From: Octopus sinensis
Lineage: Eukaryota
Length of the DNA: 64,000 nt
Assembly (NCBI RefSeq): GCF_006345805.1
Contig: NC_042998.1
Location: 193,316,001-193,380,000 of the forward strand
Direction of reading: 5' to 3'
Shown piece by piece: positions 13,824 to 26,649 of this stretch (its first letter is position 1; each line of letters starts with the position of its first letter). Both the position numbers and the translations under genes were made by a program. The notes under the pieces were generated by a model. It saw nothing but the letters and a program-made list of their open reading frames with translations, did not search any database and had not been told where the DNA came from.

Positions 13824-14100
13824 CTGTTATTTATTAGTAAATAAGCTATTAAATAATTGCCCAATCCCTTGCCTTCTCCATGAAAGAATAGATATTCAGA
13901 AAGTCAACCGATCATCTATTACACCTAGTCATTATAATTTCTCGATATTAAGGTTGTGTGTGTATGTGTGTGCGCGTGACTGTCCCTCTTTCTGTCAACG
14001 AACGATTGGTATGTAAGCTTTTTGCGAACTGGACAACAGCTGGAGTTGTATTGTGATCGTGGTTTTATTTTAGAAACTATCTTCATGATAGTAAGTTAAA

Positions 14101-14290
14101 CTCGAGGGGTTGCTGAAAATTTCCTGGCTTTGGGCAAAAGAAAATACAGGAGGATCAGTTAATTATGATTTTATTCAACATATTCCCCTCTCAGATTCAC
14201 ACACTTAATGCAGAGGTCCTTCACTTTTTCTTAGCTGTGTAAAAGAACTCGGGTGGTTGTGCCTCCAATCAGTCCTTTTGCAATACCCCA
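14101..14290 (-). mobile_element. Mariner-type terminal fragment
   Basis: Begins CTCGAGGGGTTGCTGAAAATTTCCTGGCTT, a TACGAGGG-type mariner TIR, followed by ATTTTATTCAACATATTCCCC typical of mariner 3' ends. Confidence 0.5.
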
Positions 14291-14894
14291 ATAAACTTTC
14301 AGAACCCCTTCTTATTGATTCGACATCAGGTGAACTGTGTCACATCTGTCATTATCTTTGACCAAATGATTTACTCCATCTTCTACGGACTTATTCTATT
14401 CCAGCTTCCTTACTAAATCACTTGCTTCTAATGCTTTTGTTTAAAATGTTTGTATTTTACGTTAGCCTAAAAAACAGACAACCCTAGTTTGGGCATGCCG
14501 CATACGCATATCTACTCACATATACGCACAAACATACTCCGATCTCGTTCATTGACACGTCTTCTCGTTGAGATATATTTACTTGACAATTTAAATGCCA
14601 GTATGCATTTCATTCAAATCGAAACAAAAACATCAAGTACAGGAGACAAATCATCGCTCTATACTTTTACGCATGTCCTCTATCTCCTTATTTACATCTA
14701 TCTATTTACATAATCTCTTTTTTACATCTATCTTAATAACATCCTGTCTATGTGCCATTCTCACGATCTCTCTTTCACACGCACACATAAATAACCTGCG
14801 CATAATATCTAATTTTCTCATTAAAATTCCATTAGTGTCTTTCATTACATCTACATGTTTCTGTTCTACGATTCTTTCTACACACACAAATGTA

Positions 14895-14939
<45 letters not shown>

Positions 14940-15699
14940 ACTTGAAGCACTCCATTAACTGATACGCTCAAAATAGGTAACTCAATACGTTTTTTTGAAC
15001 AATGTCAAAAAGCGGAACCAACAATAACAATAGCAACAACACAGTCGTGAAATACAGAATAAAGCAATGAACGGGACAATCACTGACAGAAAGAGACTCA
15101 AGGTAAGAAATTCTATCGAGAAATCACGTAAAACAGAAGAAATTATATAAATCTCTTATATTTTGTTTTAAAAGAATATAGAGCAATATAGACAACATCT
15201 AGGAAATAAAATGAAATTTGACTGTTGCAATATTCAGTTCAGTATATTTCGTTTTTGGATTTGGTTTGCAAGATTCTTTATATGAGTTCGTGTGTTGAAG
15301 CATATTCTGTTGTGTCTGGGGAGAGTCATTTTCTTTTTGTGCCACTTTATTTAACACACTCACTGGTAAAATTTCCAATTTTTTCTTATTTTTATTGTCC
15401 TAAAATTTTCATTGCGTGACGCAACGAAAATTATAGTTATCTTTATTCACATATGTGCTTGGATAACAATCAAAATATGTATGGAACTATGAAACAGTAC
15501 GAGTTGTAGGTAGGTTAAAAACGTAAAAGCAATTTGGGTGTACTGCTATTAATATTGATTAAACGTGAGGCATTAGCAATGCTTCTATCATGAGTTAACG
15601 AAAGAGTGTCCAAAGCTTTTATTGTGGCACCTGTTTAGAGATGGCGGAACGAAGCCTAGCATCGCAATGCGAAAAACATTGATTTTCGACCACCGGTAT

Positions 15700-16252
15700 T
15701 TATTTACTTGTTTCAGTCATTTGACTGCGGCCATGCTGGAGCACCGCCTTTAGTCGAACAAATCGACTCCAGGACTTATTCTTTGTAAGCCTAGTGCTTA
15801 TTTTATCGGTCTCTTTTGCCGAACCGCTAAGTAACGGGGATGTAAACACACCAACATCGGTTGTCAAGTGATGGTGGGGGAATAAACACAGACGCACACA
15901 CAAATACATACATACATAAAGTTAATCCAAACATGAAAACACAAAAAGAAAACACAACGCGAGGACGTGGAACAAGTATACTGTTATTGAACGCCCAGGA
16001 AAAGAAAGAAAGAAGGAGGATTTAACGTTTCGAGCGGAGCTCTTCGTCAGAAACATAGGAAAAGGAAAGATCCAAGGAATGGAATACGGAGGGAAAAAAT
16101 CGCCAACGGTACACAGGCGGTCACATTTACGACGGGCTTCTTTCAGTTTCCGCCCACCAAATCCACTCACAAGACACTTGCCCAAAGTGCCACACAGTGG
16201 GACTGAACCCGGAACTATGTGGTTTGAAAGCAAGCTTCTTACCACACAGCCC
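15700..16252 (-). mobile_element. CORE-type SINE (same family as 13409-13823) interrupted at its microsatellite linker
   Basis: 3' half at 15700-15915 and 5' half at 16124-16252 both align to the 13409-13823 copy. Confidence 0.78.
15921..16123 (-). mobile_element. ~205-bp Penelope-like terminal-repeat fragment with hammerhead motif
   Basis: Same repeat at 23141-23345 and 51661-51866. Contains CTGACGA-A-GAGC-TCC-GCTC-GAAA-CGTT on the minus strand (16021-16054). Confidence 0.6.
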
Positions 16253-16439
16253 AGTAGAGCGTACTCAACTTCAACATTTGGCGTCAGAATTCAAATAAAT
16301 CAAGTAGAACATACTATACATAGTCACAGTGCCTATTATGGATCAACGTTTTGTGCAGAGAATCGAAACAGATTCGTTGGATCAGCTCAGCAATAATTTA
16401 ACTATGTCACTCACTATATATTTAAAAGATATTTTTTCA

Positions 16440-16890
16440 AAAGAGAAAGATATGCTATAATATACATCTGGAAGATCCTGGAAGGACTTGTCCCAAACTT
16501 TGGCATCGAGAGTTATACAAATACTAGAACTGGGCGCCACTGCATAGTGCCAAGGACTCCAAATTTGCCATCAAGACATAGGACAAGATACTGCAATAGC
16601 CTAGGCTTCAGTGATCTACAGCTCTTCAATATCCTCCCGAAGGACCTGAGAGACCTGCATGGGGTAGATATAGGTGTTTCAAAATAAAGCTGGACCTCTT
16701 CCTGTCAGGTGTCCCAGATGAACCAACTTTGCGGCAGGAGGTGCAGATGAGTGCAGCTGCATCAAACTCTCTCATGCACCAAATGTCAACTGCTAAAAAG
16801 CATTCGTGAAGTAAAATCATGTAGCAACACCAAATGGCGGTGCCACAGTATGGTCATAGCTCGTGAGCTAAAACTAGATTTTAAAAAAAC
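16440..16890 (+). mobile_element. 5'-truncated CR1-type LINE 3' end
   Basis: Translates to RERYAIIYIWKILEGLVPNFGI..GRHCIVP..QLFNILPKDLRDLHG..KLDLFLSGVPDEP (ORF2 C-terminus, frameshifted), then a 3' UTR GGCGGTGCC..ATGGTCATAGCTC..GAGCTAAAACTAG. Confidence 0.82.
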
Positions 16891-17758
16891 GAATCCAGTG
16901 GTTTTTAAGATTTACGACAGTCAAACAGACATAATTAGCTTTAAATAATTTAGTCTTCCTACATATTTTTAACGTGTTAAGAAAATTATTGTAGCCACAG
17001 AGGTCCTTTGGTTGAACAACAATACGTTGTAATTTACAAGCACTCACTTTCATATCAGCTTACATTTACCGCTTTATCGAACTGTGTCCTTCTATGAGTA
17101 TGTATTTCCAGCTATTAGTAAATGGACTGTCATCCTAACGGCATACACCTTCGTATATATGTGAATCATGTTTATTTACGCAGATTGAGAATTAGTTCGT
17201 AGGATGTTGCGCACGTCCTTCAAAATGTCAGGTTTTAAAGTATATTTATTTATTAATTTCGTTTCGATTTTATGTATCTCTAGTGCCTAAAGCTGAGAAA
17301 CAACGAAATTTCACTTGTGCATCTGCCAATACAAACAAATATTGACAGTTTTGGGTGTCCAAACTCCATTAAAAGCAACATTTTACATGATTTTTTTTTT
17401 TTTGTGTGTGCCAATGGTGTTCGTCGTGAATTAATCATAACATAAAAACAAATCTTGCTGAGTTACTTGGCTAAAAGCAGACGACACATTACTCTTTATG
17501 AAGAAATTTAAAATGTTCACTATATCATTTTTTTACTACATCTTATCAAATATACTTTCTTACTCTATAGTCACCCTAGAACACGAAACGAGTTTCATGA
17601 AATATTCTGAATGGAAAATTCATTATACCAGTATAAATATATTTTAAAATCCATAAATCTAACATCGAACGGATGAAAATTGATACATGTTAATTTCCAG
17701 TAGGCAAAAAGCCATAATAGGTAAGAAATGGAGTCGATTAACTCAACCCTAAGCATAC

Positions 17759-18221
17759 GCGAGCTGGCAGAAACGTTAGCACGCCGGGCGAAATGCTTTG
17801 TGGAATTTTGTCCGCCGCTACGTTCTGAGTTCAAATTCCGCCGAGGTCGACTTTGTCTTTCATCCATTCGGGGTCGATTAAATTAATCGACTTAATCCGT
17901 TTGTCTGTCCTTGTTTCTCCCTTCTATGTTTAGCCCCTTGTGGGTAGTAAAGAAATAGGTATAGCTTTTATTTAGGTATAGCTTTTATAAGGCGGCGAGC
18001 TGGCAGAAACGTTAGCACGCCGGACGAAATGCTTTGTGGTATTTCGTCCGCCGCTACGTTCTGAGTTCAAATTCCGCCGAGGTCGACTTTGTCTTTCAGC
18101 CATTCGGGGTCGATTAAATAAGTACCAGTTACGCACTGGGGTCGATGTAATTGACTTAATCCGTTTGTCTGTCCTTGTTTGTCCCTTCCGTGTTTAGCCC
18201 CTTGTGGGTAGTAAAGAAATA
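17759..18221 (+). mobile_element. Two tandem family-S SINEs (17759-17957, 17989-18221), tail type 1
   Basis: Both copies have A/B boxes and the tail. The 14-mer GGTATAGCTTTTAT occurs at 17958, 17975 and 18222. Confidence 0.88.
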
Positions 18222-19363
18222 GGTATAGCTTTTATTGATTCTGAAAGAGTTAAAATGTAAAGAGGCGTAACAAAATAGGCAAAGAAGTTTGCATTAAACG
18301 CCGTGTTTTCAACCACTTACTTCAAGAAAACAAAAGAAATACCAAAATATGCCGTTTCTAAATTAACATTTATTGTTTGATTCATCATCATGTAGCGTTC
18401 CTGCGTTGTCACTATCATATTGCGTCGAACAAACAAAATATATATTACAAACAGCGGGTAGAATTACGGTCATTGTTCTATCTTTGATAGATTCCAAACT
18501 CCGTGGGTTCTCAGAAACAGTTCTGCACAATAAGCTTAGTTTCAGATACACAAAATTAAAGAATGAATGAAAAATTGAACGCTGCGTCGAAGTATCTTGC
18601 TAAAATTGACTATCAAATCTTGCGTGGTATATGCATCTTTATGAGAGAAAGTATTTTAAGTATCTAAGACAAAGGTTAGTATGTAAACCACTAGAGACAT
18701 GTAACATGATATATTGCACGCAAGCACACCCACAAACATTTCTATTTCCTTACGTAAATCTACACCACATGTACTTCTTCAGGGAAGACAGTATACGTGG
18801 GTGAAACTTGATAAAGGAGAAGTCAAAATCAAAGAGACAGATAGGTATATTTGTTAAAGGAAATATTACAATATAAACAAGACTAACGGGAGGGGAAAAA
18901 ATCGATAAAGTTCAACCTTGCATAGATCGGCTTTCACTTCGTTGACGACTTTCAGACATTGATGACCACGTCTTATACCTCTGACTATATATCAGTTTCT
19001 CAACCCCCGCGCTCTTTCCCGTTTCTATCTTTAGCTCTCTTTCTTCTCTGTATATATGGTACACATGTGCTCTATCTCTCCCTCTCTCTCTCTCCTTCTC
19101 TCTCTCCCTCTCTCCTTCTCTCTCTCTCTCCCTTTCTCTCTCTCTTACACTCACACACACACATTAACTGTTGTATTTGGTGCTGAATTTCTCAAAGCCA
19201 TCTCAACATCGATATTGGGTTAACAATTTCAGCAACCCCAGCCACACTGGATTCCCTCGACGTGGCAGCCACACAAGAAGTCATTCAGACAAACTTCTTG
19301 TAGACGCGATCGCTGTTGGTGGTGCACTTCGTAAATGACAGTAAAGTAGTAAATATGATAATA

Positions 19364-19937
19364 TATTTCTTTACTACCCACAAGGGGCTAAACATAGAGG
19401 GGACAAACAAGGACAGACAAACGAATTAAGTCTATTACATCGGCCCCAGTGCGTAACTGGTACTTTATTTATCGACCCCGAAAGGATGAAAGGCAAAGTC
19501 GACCTCGGCGGAATTTTTTAAAGAATATATAGATATATATTTCTTTATTGCCCACAATGGGCTAAACATAGAAGGGACAAACAAGGACAAAGGGATTAAG
19601 TCGATTACATCGACCCCAGTGCGTAACTGGTACTTTATTTATCGACCCTGAAAGGATGAAAGACAAAGTCGAACTCGGCGGAATTTTTTAAAGAATATAT
19701 ATATATATATATATATATTTCTTTATTGCCCACAAGGGGCAAAACATAGAGGGGACAAACAAAAAGATTAAGTCAATTACATCGACCTCAGTGCGCAATT
19801 GGTACTTAATTTATCGACCCCGAAAGGATGAAAGGCAAAGTCAACCTCAGCGGAATTTGAACTCAGAACGTAACAGCAGACGAAATACGGTTACGCATTT
19901 CGCCCGGGGCTCTAACATTTCTGCCAGCTCGCCTCCT
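19364..19937 (-). mobile_element. Three tandem family-S SINE copies (one full length, two 5'-truncated at the same point)
   Basis: ~175-bp unit including the spacer TTTTAAAGAATATAT, repeated; tail type 1. Confidence 0.85.
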
Positions 19938-20627
19938 TGCGTATACATATATATTATATGGATATATACTGTTGTTGTCACAGTTTTTTTTTTGTTCCAA
20001 TTTCAACAATTCTGTCGGGACCACCAATGTTCATTGAATTGCGGAGCAAATCGTCTGCGCAGATCTCTTGTAAATTTTATTTGTAATCAGCCGAACTTCC
20101 ACCAATCTCTAATTCTTCCTTAGAAAACAAATTTTATCAACACTTTGACACAGCAGTAGATATATAAAAGTAAATTTCTAAGTGGAAGAGTACTCCTTCC
20201 AACCACGCCCCTCTTCTAACAGATGCGGATCCTCAACATCCTCTCCTACTACATCTCCAGGATATGCAGCCATGAAATATGAAAATGATTAATGAAGTGG
20301 AGTTGCTGTGACAGCACACAGTTTCGACTTCCGGTGTGAATCTATAACATTCGAACTTTAACTGTCTTCGTACATTTCATTTCCCCTAAATATATCTATT
20401 TCCGGGCCTTTAAGCTTTATTTCCCATTTATCTGTTGCACTACATTTCTCCACTCTTGGTTGTCTGCTAATTTCTTCCTTTCTCCTCTTTCTCTTTCTCT
20501 AAATTCCATTTGGCGTTCAATCTATTAACGGTTGTTTTAAAAAACGAAATTTGCCAGCGTTCACTTCATCATACACGTAGTCATCACATTCGGTTAAAAA
20601 GGCTTATTTATGTGTTTTGATTCTCCT

Positions 20628-20716
20628 TTTTCCCTGATGAGAGGATCGCATTGTTTAACATCATTTTATTCACTCTGGAATAATACCAATGTTTTGTTCG
20701 AAACATATGTCGGAAG
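20628..20716 (+). ncRNA. Candidate type I hammerhead ribozyme
   Basis: CTGATGA (20634-20640), stem II GAG..GCATTG/CAATGT..TTC with a long loop, GAAA (20700-20703), palindromic stem III AC-ATAT-GT, GTC cleavage triplet (20709-20711), stem I TTTCC/GGAAG. Confidence 0.55.
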
Positions 20717-20879
20717 TATAAAGATTTGAATAACACCTGCGTTTAACTCCATTTAATTATCTGTTATACAAATACATAAATGTGTATATATATACATGTG
20801 TATATATATAAATGTGTATATATATACATGGCCACATCTTGTGAGCTGAAACTAAATAAAATAAATAAATAAATAAATG

Positions 20880-20913
20880 AAAATATGTATGTATGTATAT
20901 GTATGTGTGTGTG

Positions 20914-20981
<68 letters not shown>

Positions 20982-21015
20982 GTATATATATGTGTGTGTG
21001 TGTATGTGTATGTAT
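20880..21015. repeat. (TA)n/(TG)n microsatellite
   Basis: Direct simple repeat. Confidence 0.95.
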
Positions 21016-21491
21016 ACATTGAGAAAAAAGTCAGAATTTTGGAAGAAAGTCTTTTTATTTCTTCATTATTATTAGCACTTTCGCTCGTTTCTCGAAATTG
21101 TCAAATAAAATTTTGTGAATGTGCAAAGCTTGCTCATTTAAATAAAACAGATATTTTTGAAGGGTTTTGTCTAGAAGAGAACGTTGTTTTGTTTTTGGGG
21201 AGTGGCTCCATGACAATAAAGACAGATCGATAGAAATATAGGTAGGCAGAAAGGCTGATAGACAAATAGATATGTTTCTTTATTAGCCACACAGGGCTGC
21301 ACACAGATAGAACAAATTACAAGGTAGAGCTTTTCTTTTGAAGGTATAAAAAATAAAAATAAAAATTTTAAAAATAAAAAATAAAAAAAGGGGGGTCGAT
21401 CAAAAGTATCGTAAAAGGAGAGAAAGAGGACAAAAAAAGGGGGGGTTAAAAAAAAGGGGGAGAGGAAAAAAAATTGATCAATAAGGATCGT

Positions 21492-21493
<2 letters not shown>

Positions 21494-21546
<53 letters not shown>
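21494..21546. repeat. (GATA)n microsatellite
   Basis: Direct simple repeat. Confidence 0.95.
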
Positions 21547-21960
21547 GTGGATGGATGGATAGGGGGAGAGAGAGAGAGAAGGGTATCCCCCTTCCTATTC
21601 ACCATTTATTTATTCATTTATTTAGTCATTTAACATTGTATTGGAATGGGTTTAAGGATGGCGATCTCTTCAAGAAAGAAAAATACAGGTGTGATGTGGT
21701 CATCACTGAAAGTCTTTTTGCTTCCTTTCTCCCTTGCCCCCTTTTTTTACTTTTTCTCTTCTTTCCTTTTTTTTTCCTCTTTCTTTTTCTCCTCTCTGAA
21801 TTATATTTAGAACACAAAATGTACTATCTCCATTTTTCTTTCAAACATTCAATTTGGGAGAGACATTTTTCCGATAAAATGTAGTTCTGCATGAAAAAAA
21901 ATTAGTATAATATTTGCAAATTTAAAATTTATTAAATAAATAAATAAATAAAATGAAATT

Positions 21961-22051
<91 letters not shown>

Positions 22052-22058
22052 GTGTGTG
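21961..22058. repeat. (TA)n(TG)n compound microsatellite
   Basis: Direct simple repeat. Confidence 0.95.
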
Positions 22059-22562
22059 AGTGTAAAGCTAGAACCTCCCAATGCTACACAAATATACACT
22101 TGAACATTTGTAGCGATGAGCCACATTTGGAATAAAGAATGCAAGTTCTCCGCTTTACCTTCAAATATTCAGTTTTGGAGAGAATCCCTTGATGAAGTGC
22201 GCGCGTGTGTGTGTGTGCGTGCGTGCGTGTGTGTGAGCATGTGTGCGTGTGTGTGTGTTTGGGTACATGTCCATGTTTATACTGTGTAAGTTCGATCATG
22301 CACCTTTCAATGTCTTGTTTTTGCAATAGAGAACATTAGAATAACACAAACTAGAAAATATGCCAAGCTCAGGACATCTCAATGCCACAAGTATACACCT
22401 GAATATTTACAGAGATAAGCATTATGTTTGCGATATTTGAGTTATATTTAGAATGCAAAATGTACTGTCTCTGCTTGTGTTTCAAACATTCAATTTTAGA
22501 GAGAATTTTTTCATGTAATGTAGTTCCATTGCTTGGAAGTCATACCTGGTATATATATATAT

Positions 22563-22895
22563 AAAGGGTAAAGACCCCCTTCGGCCATGAATGACCATGG
22601 GATTGCACCTAGAAAGTTACCCTCCTAGACACAAGTCCGGGCAAGGTTGTTTATGGAAGACCAGCAGTCGCCCATGCATACTAGCCTCCCCTCTCCACGC
22701 CACCAGTGTTATCCAAGGGAAAGACAAAGGTCGATACAGCTTGGCACCAGTGACGTCGCAACTCATTTCTACAGCTGAGTGAACTGGAGCAACGTGAAAT
22801 AAAGTGCCTTGCTCAAGAACACAACACGCAGCCCGATCCGGGATTCGAGCTCACAACCTCACGATCGTAAGCTCGACGCTCTAACCACTGAGCCA
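22563..22895 (-). mobile_element. CORE-type SINE, second family
   Basis: Head ATGGCTCAGTGGTTAGAGCGTCGAGC..GTTGTGAGCTCGAATCCC and core GTGTTGTGTTCTTGAGCAAGGCACTTTATTTCACGTTGCTCCAGTTCACTCAGCTG. Homologue at 52256-52580 (+). Confidence 0.8.
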
Positions 22896-23059
22896 TATAT
22901 ATATATATATATATATCACTTTGATCACTTTGACCGACCAGTCCGTCAGGCGTCCATTTGACACCGCTGGTCACAGCACGCTGTCCACTCCTCTCTGGAT
23001 CGCGCCTTTCTCATCCACGTGATCCCAATCGTCCTTTTTTGTGTTTTCTTGTTTGGATT

Positions 23060-23140
<81 letters not shown>

Positions 23141-23141
<1 letters not shown>

Positions 23142-23345
23142 GACCTCGTGAGTACCACTGGCGATTTTTTTTTCCTCTGTCTTTCCTTCTCGGGATCTTT
23201 CCTTCTCCTATGTTTCCGACGAAGAGCTCCGCTCGAAACGTTAAACCCTCCTTCTTCTCTTCTTTCCTGAGCGTCCTATAATACTTTATTTGTTCCACGT
23301 CCTCGCGTTGGTGTGTTTTTTTTTTGTTTTCTTGTTTGGATTAAC
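23141..23345 (+). mobile_element. Penelope-like terminal-repeat fragment with hammerhead motif, inserted in (TA)n
   Basis: Aligns to 15921-16123 and 51661-51866; core reads CCGACGA here. (TA)n on both sides. Confidence 0.6.
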
Positions 23346-23350
23346 TATAT

Positions 23351-23386
<36 letters not shown>

Positions 23387-24966
23387 AACACATGAGGAAT
23401 CTACTTGTGGGATTCAACACGCTAGAAAGAACAGCTAGGTTCTATAACCACAAAATTAGGGATGAAATTCGACAGGACCGAAATAAAAATAAGAACATTT
23501 TCACATCTAGTTTCTTGGACCAATTGGTTTCTGATTTAATTTAGCAAGTAAATGAGTAACATATATACATTCGCCAGGTGAAATCGTCTTCAGCAGGAAC
23601 ACCTAGGGTTAAATGTATAAACACGAGGCGATCAAACTACTTGACCCTCGTTTATACATCCCAACTTTTGGAAATCTACTGTGCAGCCGCAGCCCTTCAC
23701 CAGCAATAAAAAAAATGCCAACTTTTAAAAACCGAAAATTATCCAAAAACTTACAATATTTAATCATATGAAAGGGAAATAGAAATTAATTAAAATTTAC
23801 ATTTCCAGTTGTCTAACGTGTAAACATTTATTCCAAAAGACTGTATTAGTCATAAGATACAGTGTACATTTAAACACATGAGGAATCCACTCATGGGATT
23901 CAACACGCTAGAAAGAACAGCTAGGTTCTATAACCACAAAATTTGAAAAAGTTAGGATGTATAAACAAGGGGCACGTAGTTTAATCGCCTCGTGTTTATA
24001 CGTTTATAAATATTAAGAAAATTACTCATCTTGATTACTCCTCTTCCATATTTTCTAATATATATTATTAACTCCTAATATATACACTTAATTAATAAGA
24101 CTTTTGTCCAGGGTTATTGAATATGATGCCTACTCATAATTTATATACTGAATAAATAATAGGTTTCTTCTCCAAACTTAGTAAATATTAGATCTAATAT
24201 TCTCTTTTAATCCAACTTATTAAAATAATCACCACTTACTAGCCAAGTATGATCGTATATATTAATGCGGATGCATATATGTATATGTTTGTATAAGTGT
24301 AAAAGAATCTCTGTATTTTATATAACTGTGTAGTATACAGATGGTTATAGTAACCATTTAGTATTGGCCTAGTTTTCTTGATACAAAATCAGATTGCTAA
24401 ATAGTAGTAAACAACCTCTAAGACAATATTAGTCTATAATCCCCCTACCACTTTAACTTCATTAGGAATAACTTTTGACATTCATTTCACCCCTTCCTAT
24501 AAATAGAAAAACTCTTTTGTCTCAATTCAACCGAATATCCCTCCCCGCTCACTAACTGATCAAAATAACTAAAAGAAAATCTGCAGTCAGAAGATAAATT
24601 CTAACACCTTAATGTTCTTAACATTCAAATCAACATCTCTGTCTGTTCTGTCTGTATATCTACCCTCTTTATAATGCTATCAATTAACATGGAAATAAGT
24701 ATATGTATTGATGGAAAACCTCTATGAATGGTTGATGATTGCTCAACATTTTAAAACTGATGTATTACTTACAATGATTAATAAAATAATGTAGCGTGAA
24801 ACGATCGTACTAAATTACCGAAGATATTCTTGTTGCTTACTTTGATTATATATGTATATTTATATATATGTATATATATACATATATATATGTATATATA
24901 TACATATATATATGTATATATATATGTATGCATATATATATATGTATGTATGTATTCGTATACAAA

Positions 24967-25926
24967 TTTATATATATAAACGACCTTTCCAGTGTCGTAC
25001 ATCACTGCAAAGTGAAAATATTCGCTGATGACACTAAGCTCCAGCAAATCGTCAATGAAGAAGCAGACCGAACTCAACTCCAGTCTGACCTATATGCTGT
25101 GAGTCAATGGGCAGACAGAAACAAAATGCAACTGAATGAGGGAAAATTTGAGCTGATGCATTTTGGAAGAAATTCCTCACTAAAACAACCATACTCTCTT
25201 CCTTCAGGGGAACCGCTCACAGCCTCTAACAATATCAGAGACCTGGGTGTAATTGTTGATGACGATCTCAGTTGGAGTGCACACATCAACAAGAAGGTCG
25301 ATACAGCTCGTAGGATGAGTTCCTGGATCTTAAGAACTTTCCGGTCCAGAGAACAAGGTGTCATCATACCACTTTTTTCATCCTTTGTACGGCCACACCT
25401 TGAATACTGCTGCCCACTGTGGTCTCCTCACACAAGACAAAACATCTCCAGAATTGAGTCACCCCAGAGGGCTCTCACTAAACAAATTGAAGGCATGGCT
25501 GCTCTCGATTATTGGGATCGCCTTAAAGCCTTGAAACTTTACTCCCTCCAGCGTCGCCGTGAGCGGTACATCATTTGTACGATGTGGAAAATATACCGCC
25601 AACTTTGCCCAAACGACCTAAACATTAGCTTCAAGGTTCATCCGAGACTTGGACCACGGGCTATACGTCCCCTGCCAAATTCAAGATCACAACATGCATG
25701 TACACTGCAACATAATTTCTTTTCCTCAACAGGCCCTGCCCTATTTAACATTGTCCCGAGGGAGATCAAAGAGGAAAAGGATCCCATCAACTTCAAACAG
25801 AGTCTGGATAGATTCCTTCAAAGAATACCAGATAAGCCACCCATAATTGGATACAACTCACCCAACAAGAACTCACTACTTGAACAAAACTGGATACAAC
25901 TCACCCAACAAGAACTCACTACTTGA
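24967..25926 (+). pseudogene. CR1-type ORF2 reverse transcriptase C-terminal fragment (open frame, no 5' part)
   Basis: [14 protein letters not shown] (RT YADD-type motif), RDLGV, FVRPHLEYCCPLWSPH and LQRRRERY are hallmark CR1/L2 ORF2 motifs. The upstream part of ORF 24868-25926 is only microsatellite. Confidence 0.9.
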
Positions 25927-26040
25927 ACAAAACTTGACTTAAACAGGATTCAAATAATCCTATCAGGTGGTGCTATTAAGTTAGACATGGCCTGGACCAA
26001 TCTCTGGTCGAAACATATCTAAGTTTTATCTAAGTTTTAT
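24972..26040 (+). mobile_element. 5'-truncated CR1-type LINE with intact 3' end
   Basis: RT and C-terminal ORF, then a 3' UTR with hairpin GACCA-ATCTC-TGGTC and (ATCTAAGTTTT)2 tail; lies between (TA)n tracts. Confidence 0.9.
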
Positions 26041-26129
26041 ATAGATAAATATAAATTTACATATTTATATAAATATAAATTTACATATATATATTTATAT
26101 ATATGTATATATATACATATAAATATATA

Positions 26130-26179
<50 letters not shown>

Positions 26180-26649
26180 AGCTTAGAGAAGAAGAAGAAA
26201 CGAAACGAAACGAAACGAATCGAATCGAATCGACGCGAGGGCGCTCAGTCATACAATAGTGTAATAAATAAAATATATGCATACATACAAACATATATGT
26301 ACGTCCCTACATCTACATGTATATATACATGCATATATAAATATATATACGTATGTACAGGACACCACAAATAGACGTAGAACTCAACGAGAAACGAAAA
26401 AGTAAAAACAGCATGGAACGGACCATTTTTTTAACAACGAAAAAACAGAGTACAAGACAACTACACAAGGAAAAATCCCTTTCATCAGCTGTCCCTAGTT
26501 CAACTCCAGCGTGTTTCGAAGGTGAGGACAGAACACGTCTCGTCGATCTAATCCTTCCTGCGAAAGAATTAAATAAAATTCCTTTGCAGAGGGGTAAAAA
26601 CAAGGAAAAAAATGTGACATATATATATATATATATCATAAAAGATCAA

